Shown here piece after piece: positions 50,401 to 57,685 of a DNA stretch of 64,000 nucleotides. The stretch lies in the NCBI RefSeq assembly GCF_004010195.1, contig NC_057732.1:34286501-34350500 (forward strand). The letters run 5' to 3'. Position numbers and translations under genes: made by a program. Numbering within the stretch: position 1 is the stretch's first letter; each line of letters starts with the position of its first letter. This DNA comes from Chiloscyllium plagiosum (lineage: Eukaryota). A model generated the notes under the pieces. It had not been told where the DNA came from. It was given only the letters and a program-made list of their open reading frames with translations, and made no database searches.

Positions 50401-52738
50401 ACCTGAAGATCAACATGTCTCAGGCAAAGGGAGAGGTTGAGAAGCTGGTACCTTCACAGTAACCTTGCTTGTACGCAAATGAATCCACACTGGTGGGGTC
50501 ACACTGCATTGTAAGCCAGCCATCCAGCCAACTAAGCAAACCAACCCATTCTTCCTAAACCGCGACACCAGAAAATTGTCACAGTAATCCAACTGAGGCC
50601 AAACTAGTGCCTTATGCAAGTTCAATATAATCTCAAGTAAAAGTAAAATATTGATGCTGGAAATCTGAAACAAAAACAAAAGGGCTGAAGAAATAGAGTT
50701 AATACTTTCTAATCCATGAATCATATTGGACTCCAAATGTTTCTCTCTCCACAGATATGAATTTCACATTCTGACTTGTTTCAATATAATCTTTGCGCTC
50801 TTGCATTCTACGTCCCTATTAATAGCCTTTATCATCCCTACAATTGGCCAGTGACAAAAAAAAATTCCAAGAAAAGGCAAAGGACAACATGAGTACAGAA
50901 AATCACTGCTTTTCAGATCTGGCTGCTTGTTAATTGGCTGACGTGTTTCCTTTACCACAATGGTTATATTTTGAAAGTGCTTTGGGATATCTTGTCGATA
51001 GGAGCGGGACAAAGCCCTAGCTGACAGCCTAATCACAGACCCATACTGATCTCTCCCAATTACAGCTACTGTCTGATCAGAATGGAGTCCAAAGGATGCT
51101 ATGATTCAGAATCTTAACCTTGCAACTGATGAGAAGTACAACATTCTGACTGCTGATCCATTGTTCCCACTGGCAGCTGATTCAGGAAAACTACGCAATC
51201 AAATGAAAACTTCAAATTCTTAAGCACACCAGTTAAAAATTAGAGATAGAAATGATGTTGGGGTAAGGTTTCACACTCAAAAATCTTACAGCTGTCAGAG
51301 ATTGGAAATAGAAGTTGAAAGTGCTGAAGAAAATCAGCATGTCTGACATCATTTGTAGACAGTACGCTCTTCTCTCTCTATAGACACTGCCAGATCTGGT
51401 TTTCTTAGAGTCATGGCGATGTACAGCATGGAAACAGACACTTCAGTCCAACTCATCTATGCGGACCAGATATCCTAAATTAATTGAGTGCCATTTGCCA
51501 GCATTTGGCCTGTATCTCTCTAAACCCTTCTTGTCCATGTACTAGATACCTTTTAAATGTTGTAATTGTACCAGTTTCCAGCACTTCCTCTGGCAGCTCA
51601 TTTCATATACTCACCACCCTCTGCAAGAAAAAGTTGTCCTTTTGGACCCTTTTAAATCTTTCCCCCCTCACCTTAAACCTGTGCTAAATAATTTTGAACT
51701 TATCCAGTCTGGGGAAAATACCTTGGGTATGCATTCTATCCATGCCCCTCATGATTTTATAAACCCCTATAAGGTCAACCCTCAGCCTCTAACACTCCAG
51801 GGAAAGTAGACCCAGCCTCTCCCTCTTGCTCAAACCCTGGCAACATCCTTGTAAATCTTTTCTGAACCCTTTCAACACTTCTTGAGCAGTTTGTTTTTAT
51901 TTTGAAAGCTTGGGCTTCTCTTGAAAAGAGACGGAATGGAAGAATAAGGGGGAAGGCGGTGGGAGAGTGCACTCATGAGGTTCATGGACATGGGAAGAAA
52001 ATTGGCAGTGGGGGCTTCTTACTTAAGACAAACATTCATGGGATGCTGGTTTTACTAGCCTTTATTGCCCATTCCTGGTTGCCCTGGAGAAGATGGTCCT
52101 TTTTGGACCTCTGTAACGAATAGTGCACATAATGGAATGGCTTCAGTTGAATTCACTGCAACTGTCATTTCCAAAACATTATTCCCTGTGTACATACTGC
52201 ACATTTGGAGGTTCGCACCAACGTAGCCATAAGAGCCTGAAGAATAGTCACACCGGACTCGAAACGTTATCTCTATTCCTCTCCTCACATATGCTACCAG
52301 ACCCGAGTTTCTCCAGCATTCTGTGTTTGTTTTAGATGTTCAGTATCTGCAGTGTTTGCTGTGAACCACCAGACCAAAGTCTAAACTGTACCAGCTCATA
52401 AACACAGGGGACTACCCGGTCAACATGACGGCACCAACGCTTTCCAATCTCACAGCCAACATCGCCACATTCTTGATGTTGTTTCGGAGCTAAACCATTT
52501 ATTGCACTTCACTCGGTTTCCTTCCACTAACCACACCTCTGCCTTCTCCACGAGGCTCCTTCACCCACCCACCCGCCAACAAAGTACACCCTTCACCGAG
52601 ACAGACCTTTTAAAACCCACAGAATGACGGGTCACCACTGTTACCTGGGATTTGTACATAAAGTGAGGTGAATGCACACAAGTAAATAGCCACCATGCCC
52701 CAGAGGAAGGCTCCCCGCGCCAACCCGATCTCCCCCAT
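23084..52738 (-). CDS. LMF2: lipase maturation factor 2, whole gene, 14 coding exons, 2136 nt / 711 aa
   Basis: Minus-strand exons 52738-52645, 42909-42656, 38626-38598, 38376-38180, 35880-35702, 34922-34784, 34579-34439, 32317-32212, 31481-31385, 29045-28863, 28488-28320, 28044-27933, 26967-26862, 23413-23084 splice in frame. Motifs: [72 protein letters not shown]. Confidence 0.96.
24515..26800 (-). mobile_element. CR1 LINE ORF2 fragments, LMF2 intron 13
   Basis: [39 protein letters not shown]. Confidence 0.9.
26862..26967 (-). CDS. LMF2: LMF2 exon 13 ([23 protein letters not shown]...HGFK)
   Basis: AG/GTGAGG boundaries, 106 nt. Confidence 0.95.
27571..27723. mobile_element. fold-back PLE-derived short element, LMF2 intron 12
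   Basis: Inverted arms 27571-27591 / 27670-27690. 15-bp TSD ccagtac(c/a)atgtgaa at 27556 / 27724. Confidence 0.8.
27630..27670 (-). ncRNA. minimal hammerhead ribozyme motif, sense to the LMF2 pre-mRNA
   Basis: Minus strand reads aagct CTGATGA C GAGTC atcta GACTC GAAA CGTT ggctt. Confidence 0.75.
27933..28044 (-). CDS. LMF2: LMF2 exon 12 ([12 protein letters not shown]...YKYWFT)
   Basis: AG/GTAAGT boundaries, 112 nt. Confidence 0.95.
28320..28488 (-). CDS. LMF2: LMF2 exon 11 ([10 protein letters not shown]...LLQGKRN)
   Basis: AG/GTGAGT boundaries, 169 nt. Confidence 0.96.
28863..29045 (-). CDS. LMF2: LMF2 exon 10 (VPYTFIE...[11 protein letters not shown]...GQKWK)
   Basis: AG/GTAGGA boundaries, 183 nt. 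Confidence 0.96.
29403..29930 (-). mobile_element. CR1 LINE 3' fragment with internal deletion
   Basis: Near-colinear with 14320-15101. Confidence 0.85.
30930..31320 (+). mobile_element. old DeuSINE-like (SacSINE1/AmnSINE1-like) SINE remnant
   Basis: Recalled resemblance to the Deu-domain consensus. Related remnants at about 7590-7810, 31845-32000 and 50860-51000. Confidence 0.5.
31385..31481 (-). CDS. LMF2: LMF2 exon 9 ([12 protein letters not shown]...FAVSL)
   Basis: AG/GTGAGT boundaries, 97 nt. Confidence 0.93.
32212..32317 (-). CDS. LMF2: LMF2 exon 8 ([11 protein letters not shown]...SSLLR)
   Basis: AG/GTGTGT boundaries, 106 nt. Confidence 0.94.
34439..34579 (-). CDS. LMF2: LMF2 exon 7 (LGWLRTLQ...ELAVY...IESKT)
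   Basis: AG/GTATAA boundaries, 141 nt, phase consistent with neighbours. Confidence 0.92.
34784..34922 (-). CDS. LMF2: LMF2 exon 6 ([17 protein letters not shown]...)
   Basis: AG/GTGAGT boundaries, 139 nt. Confidence 0.95.
35702..35880 (-). CDS. LMF2: LMF2 exon 5 ([12 protein letters not shown]...FAFYTQ)
   Basis: AG/GTAAGC boundaries, 179 nt. Confidence 0.96.
36390..36718 (+). mobile_element. Penelope-like RT fragment
   Basis: [23 protein letters not shown]...FLHYIDDC...LKFTW...PFLDL. Ends at the gap 36719-37457. Confidence 0.9.
37458..37713. mobile_element. inverted pair of PLE pLTRs forming a palindrome with 123-bp arms
   Basis: 37458-37580 is the reverse complement of 37591-37713 with 3 mismatches. 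Hammerhead core at 37588-37615. Confidence 0.9.
38180..38376 (-). CDS. LMF2: LMF2 exon 4 ([10 protein letters not shown]...WWGLT)
   Basis: AG/GTGAGT boundaries, 197 nt. Confidence 0.96.
38421..38520. repeat. 44-bp tandem repeat, about 2.3 copies, in LMF2 intron 3
   Basis: ctttacacactgtccactg(t/c)ttagcccttgcatactgttcacac repeated. Confidence 0.93.
38598..38626 (-). CDS. LMF2: LMF2 exon 3, 29 nt ([10 protein letters not shown])
   Basis: AG/GTGAGT boundaries, highly conserved LMF motif. Confidence 0.95.
39040..42485 (+). mobile_element. long degenerate CR1 LINE (ORF1 end, EN, RT, 3' tail)
   Basis: LCLNA (EN start), [12 protein letters not shown], gggaattatagaacagtcagtctg (NYRPVSL-like), CR1 3' tail. 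Confidence 0.88.
42656..42909 (-). CDS. LMF2: LMF2 exon 2 ([10 protein letters not shown]...YLSIYQ)
   Basis: AG/GT boundaries, 254 nt. Confidence 0.95.
43104..44640 (-). mobile_element. older Penelope-like element 3' part, interrupted by a SINE
   Basis: [19 protein letters not shown]. pLTR with a decayed hammerhead at about 43200-43231. Confidence 0.7.
43490..43797 (-). mobile_element. tRNA-derived SINE (HE1-like)
   Basis: Full copy with (taatc)n tail, nested in the PLE. Confidence 0.87.
45988..46145 (+). mobile_element. tRNA-derived SINE, 5' half
   Basis: A and B boxes, truncated by a CR1 fragment. Confidence 0.85.
46146..46625 (-). mobile_element. young CR1 3' fragment
   Basis: [19 protein letters not shown]...RTRGHSLKI. 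Confidence 0.9.
46640..47535 (-). mobile_element. LINE fragment of a second family (APE endonuclease region)
   Basis: EVSWLQV...[24 protein letters not shown]. Confidence 0.75.
47575..47858 (+). mobile_element. CR1 ORF1 fragment (esterase-type)
   Basis: LQNRFSIL...VIGDSIVRG motif. Ends at the gap 47859-48358. Confidence 0.8.
48359..49470 (-). mobile_element. CR1 ORF2 endonuclease region, little decayed
   Basis: [42 protein letters not shown], with one frameshift. Confidence 0.92.
49478..49615 (+). mobile_element. SINE 3' half
   Basis: gatgtgcaggttaggtgaattggcc...(taatc)n. Confidence 0.8.
50634..50779. mobile_element. decayed PLE pLTR insertion
   Basis: gatgctggaaatctgaaacaaaaac motif. 13-bp TSD ttcaatataatct at 50621 / 50780. 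Confidence 0.6.
51405..51878 (-). mobile_element. CR1 3' fragment
   Basis: [14 protein letters not shown], same family as 14320. Confidence 0.87.
52237..52362 (+). mobile_element. PLE pLTR fragment with hammerhead-like core
   Basis: CTGAAGA A tAGTC acaccg GACTc GAAA CGTT at 52237-52268. Confidence 0.65.
52645..52738 (-). CDS. LMF2: LMF2 coding exon 1 ([14 protein letters not shown]...YVQIP)
   Basis: ATG at 52738, donor G|GTAAC, 94 nt, similar to the LMF2 N-terminus FASLYTQIPG. Confidence 0.9.
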
Positions 52739-53149
52739 CCTGAAGCTGCAGGCCTGGACACAACCACAGTCAACACTGCGGGGGGAATCATTAGGTTCAA
52801 TCCATATCCCTTCCATTATAATAACGCGCAATATAGCCCAGGCTGGGCCACGAGTTAATATAGTGACAACTATTTTAAACAAATAACCAGACTAGCCACG
52901 GTCTTCAGCTTTTTTGACTTTAAGAACTTTTAAAAAGTTTATCTTCCCTGTTCTCGCAATGGATTGCTCTAAATCGTCGCCGTCCTTCTGCATTTGCAGC
53001 TTGTACCATCAAATCGGGAGGGGAGATCATCCGTTACCATTTTAAAAAATAATCTACCAAAACAAAGTGGCAGTTTAAACAAATATTTAAAGTTTATCTG
53101 TCAGGTTTTATTTCGAAGGAAATTCTTTCATACTTTGTTTTTCTTTCCT

Positions 53150-53350
53150 CACCCATAGACGGGTAGTTGGGTTCGTGCCGCGCATGCGCCACCATGGGTT
53201 TGAACCTGCGCGGGTAAAATAAAAAATGGCGCGAGCCTCAAAAAAAGAAAAATAAGATTATCAAAGAGAGGAATATTCAGACAACAGGATTCACAATACT
53301 GGTATTTTAGGAGAGTGGAACGTATCTAGACACGGTTCTTCGGTGGGGGG
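53150..53350. promoter_or_regulatory. bidirectional LMF2/NCAPH2 promoter core
   Basis: Local CpG cluster. Perfect NRF1 palindrome GCGCATGCGC 53180-53189, CHR-like TTTGAA 53199-53204, YY1-like AAAATGGCG 53223-53231. Outward-facing splice donors at about 53152 (-) and 53350 (+). Confidence 0.7.
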
Positions 53351-53640
53351 TGAGTCTGAGCTTGTCAGTGTCAGTTCGAATCTCCTCTGCATTTTTTTCT
53401 GTTAATTATAATTTAATTTCTTCAGATTTCTGTGATTGTATTGATGTTCCTTTTAGTCTCTTTTGTTCTGGTTCAGTCACTTACTACTTTATTCCCTACA
53501 GTGTCTGATTGAACTATTCGTGTTTACTGCAGTTACTGGTTTACTTTATGGTGGCAACAGTCAGAGCCAATTTGTCTTTAATAATGCAATATAAGAGGAA
53601 AAATAAGCGATATGTCAGAATAGAATACAGTCATTTATTG

Positions 53641-53845
53641 AAAAATGTGTTGCTGGAAAAGCGCAGCAGGTCAGGCAGCATCCAAGGAGCAGGAGAATCG
53701 ACATTTCAGGAATTCCTGAAGAAGGGCTTATGCCCGAAACGTCGATTCTCCTGCTCCTTGGATGCTGCCTGACCTGCTGCGCTTTTCCAGCAACACATTT
53801 TTCAGCTCTGATCTCCAGCATCTGCCGTCCTCACTTTCTCCTACT
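53641..53845 (+). mobile_element. fold-back PLE-derived short element with intact hammerhead core (53716-53743)
   Basis: Arms about 53642-53707 / 53736-53801. TSD gtcatttattg at 53630 / 53846. Core CTGAAGA A GGGC ttat GCCC GAAA CGTC. Confidence 0.88.
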
Positions 53846-54339
53846 GTCATTTATTGCAAAGTGCGTGGTACGTACATATCGGGCAATTTCATTAAAGTTG
53901 GTGAGACCAAGTGTTGTGTACAGTTTGGTCACCTGAAGAAATAATGAAAGAGTAGAGAAGGTTCACTCAATTAATTCCTGAAATGATGAAAGTATGGGGT
54001 GCGGCTTATGTACTTTGGAGTTTAGAAGAATGAGAGGGGATCTTTGTTAAAATTTGTAAAATTCTGAATGATGAAAAGATGAGAGACTCTGACTAGGGAA
54101 CACAATTTAGATTAGATTAGATTAGATTACTTACAGTGTGGAAACAAAAGTAAAAGATTTCTCATTTAAAATGAAAATTGAGGAAATATTTTTCCTGAGC
54201 AGGTCATTAATTTGTGAAAGCAGTGGAGGTATGGTTATTGGATATTTTTAAGGCTGTGTTAAATATATTCTTGACTGCCCAAAAAAGTAAAGTTTTACAA
54301 GTAACTTGCTTGAACTTGAGAATTTGTGTGATGACATTG

Positions 54340-54890
54340 AATTAAATTTATTGTCACGTATACCGAGGCACAGTGAAAAGCTTTGCCTTGCTAGCAATAC
54401 AGGCAGATCACATATTTACTTATCTATGCTACTTAACTAGGTAACAGTGGCAAAACAAAAACACAGGTACAGGTGAATGTTAAGAGTTTGTGAGTCCATT
54501 CAGTATTCTAACAACAGTAGGATAGAAACTGTTACGAAACCGGCTCTGGTGCGTTATGTTCAGGCTTCTGTACCTTCTCCCCGATGGTAGAGATTGTAGA
54601 AAAGCATTGCCAGGAATCGATCTTTGACACTGCTGGTAGCATTTCCTTGATGGCGGGCCTGGTAGATGGATTCTATAGATGGGACATTGGTCTTTGTGAT
54701 TGTCTGGGCTGAGTTCACCACTCTCTGTAACCGTCTCCGATCTTGAATGATACAGTTGCCATACCAGGTAGTGTACATCCAGACAGAATGCTCTCGATGG
54801 CGGACTTATAAAAGTTGGCTAGGATATTTGCTGTCATGCCAAATTTCCTCAGCCGTCTGAGGAAGAAGAGACGTTGTTGGGCTTTTGGGC
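54340..54890 (-). mobile_element. Rex1/Babar-like LINE 3' fragment
   Basis: TTWYGNCIIQDRRRLQRVVNSAQTI...PSIESIY. Confidence 0.75.
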
Positions 54891-54894
54891 CTTG

Positions 54895-55280
54895 TAGTGA
54901 GATTCTGAATAGGTTGGAGTGTTGGATGCTGAGGTGTGGTCTCTTTCAGGTTTATAAATCACGAGGAGTGTGGTTAGGTAAATAACTAAAGTCTTTTCCC
55001 TAGGATGGGGCAGTCCAAAACTAGAGGGCATCAGTTTAAGGTGAGAGGGGAAAGATTTTAAAAAGGACCTGAGGGGTGACCATTTTGCAACGAGCATGTA
55101 TCGGATGAGCTGCCAGAGAAAGTGGTGGAGATGGGTTCAATTACAACATTTAAAAGGCATCTGGGTGGGTGCATGACTAGGAACAGTTTAGAGGGATATG
55201 GGCCAAGTGTTGTCAAATGGGACTTGGTCAGATTAGGATGTCAAGATGGCATGGACAAGTTGGACCGAAGAGTCTGTTTC
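54895..55280 (+). mobile_element. CR1 3' fragment
   Basis: Reverse complement of the 14320 family. Confidence 0.82.
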
Positions 55281-56150
55281 AGAACAGTATGACTCCATTA
55301 GTCAAACGGTGTAAGTGTAGATAGGAGCAGCTGCAAGGGGTGTTGAATGGCCCACTGCTCTTAATTTGAATGTCTGTGGAACAGCTCTTCAAGGTCAGAA
55401 TTCAGAACAGTCAGGAGGACTGATATCTCGCCAGAAACCAGGTTATTTAATTCTATCGTATAACCTTCATTGTTATTGTATTATTGGTGTCTGAATAATG
55501 TACTTGGATGACAGACTTTAACTTCAATAATGAGAATTTATTTAAGTGTTTAAAAGCTTCCCAATAGTCTTTTTGTATGCTATATAAACCATAAATGCAT
55601 TGGCAGTGGCAACAAATTACTGATTAATGTACTCCAGGAAAGGGGAAGGAACTGAATTGCATATTCCCTATGTATTCTTTGCATTTCTTCTGTTAGGATC
55701 TCTCCCTGGGGTAGTATTGGCTAGATGAAACAGTGTGAGATCTGTTTTAAATGTTTGAAATAACCTTATTTTTAACCTTTCTTTCTCAAAGATGTCTCTT
55801 CTCTCCTGGCACATTTGTTCACTTCTCTTGCTGCAGTAACGATTTCTAGGTTTGATGATTAGTAGTTTCTTGGCTTGTTCCATTATGCTTTGATTATGTA
55901 TTGTTTTTAAACAAACATCTTACCTCAAATAGGAGATGTTTGAAAAGTTCTTTTGAAGGTTTTTGCAAGCAGATTGTTTACTGTCTATTGCTGATGTCCT
56001 GGGGTTTGATTTGATTTATTATAGTCATGTACTTGGATACAGTGAAAAATATTGTTTTATGTACTACACAGGCAAATCGTACCTTTTATATAAGTACCTC
56101 AAGGTAATAGAACAGAATGCATAATATAGTGTTACAGCTACAGAAAAGCT

Positions 56151-56559
56151 TTAGGGTGTAGGTTTGCTCGCTGAGATGTAGGTTTGATATCCAGACATTT
56201 CATTACCTGGTTAGGTAACATCATCAGTGGCGACCTCCAAGTGAAGCGAAGCTGTTGTCTCCTGCTTTCTATTTATATCTTTCTCCTGGATGTCTGGGGT
56301 TTGTGGTGATGTCATTTCTTGTTCGTTTTCTGTGGGGTTGATAGATGGCATCGAGATCTATGTGTTTATTTATGGCATTGTGGTTGGAGTGCCAGGCCTC
56401 TAGGAATTCTCTGGCATGCCTTTGCTTAGCCTGTCCCAGGATAGATGTGTTGTCCCAGTCGAAATGGTGGCTTTTTTCATCTGTGTGTAGGGCTACGAGA
56501 GAGAGAGAGAGAATCGTGTCTTTTTGTGGCTAGCTGGTGTTCGTGTATCCTGGTGGCTA
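56151..56559 (-). mobile_element. Penelope-like element 3' end (family of 5455)
   Basis: High identity to the reverse complement of 5463-5900. Hammerhead at 56191-56230 (-). TSD acagaaaagct at 56140 / 56560. Confidence 0.88.
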
Positions 56560-57577
56560 ACAGAAAAGCTGTAGAGAAAGATCACCTTTAATATATGAAA
56601 GGTCCATTCAAAAGTCTGATAATGAATGATATCAGTTCATCCATAAGAACATGACAAAAAATGAGCAGGAATAGGCAACGATGCTGAAGTCTAGAAAATG
56701 AGAGATTGTGACTTGTCATTTTGCTTGTAGTTTGTGATCTTATCTCTGAACCTGTGCCCTGAAGATCCTGAAGGTGAGTCCAGTAACATCCATCCTTGAT
56801 ACTTGCTGAGACACACTTACCCAGTGATGTTTGGGAAAGGATGTCACATTCAGCTTATAGCAAACCTCCAGGAGTCAATAATGGAAATTGGGACCAAGTG
56901 CCCTGACTCTAAACCGTGGCAGAGTTTTGACTCTACACGTACTGGCAACCTGTACTTGGATACTGACCGACTACCACCAACTATCTGGAAGTTCCACCTT
57001 CATGATTCACCTAGGAAAGAAGTAGGAATTGCTTATGAAGCATCCCTGGATTTCAGAGTTTTCTTACGAAATCATGATTTGGATTAAAGTACTATTTGTG
57101 TAGAGGATAAACGCCAATAGAATTAACTGGATTAGATGGACCTGTTTGTGTTGTAATTCTGTATGGTTTATAGTTTGTGCTTTTCTAAGCACCTTCCAGT
57201 CAGGTACCTACCTACCTATACTCCTGTAGCAAATCTTTTTCATTACATTTTAATATTTGATATTACCAGTCCTGTTAGTTGCTTTTCTCATACACTGAAA
57301 GTTTTATCTTTTTCATTTTGTCAGGAAAGTGACAAACGAAAAGGAAATTGCTATTTTATATAGATGGAGATTCTTCTGTAAAATGAATTGTTACGTTCAA
57401 ATAGCTGTATCCCCCAACCCTGTGACACTATTGCAGATTCTCCATATTTCTAGTGTTCTGATGATGAAATATAATTGACCTGAAATATTAACTGTTTCTC
57501 TCCCACAGATGACTGCCTGATCTGCTGAGTACTTCTGTTTTAACTCCTTGCCTCAAGGGTTCTGTGCTTGGTCAAAG

Positions 57578-57685
57578 ATGGAGGATGTTGAGTCACGATT
57601 CACACATCTCCTTCAGCCCATTAGAGAGTTGACAAAGAACTGGGAGATTGATGTGGCATCTCAGCTGGGGGAATATCTAGAAGAG
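57578..57685 (+). CDS. NCAPH2: NCAPH2 first coding exon
   Basis: AAGATGG start context, GAG|GTGAC donor, 108 coding nt. Confidence 0.95.
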
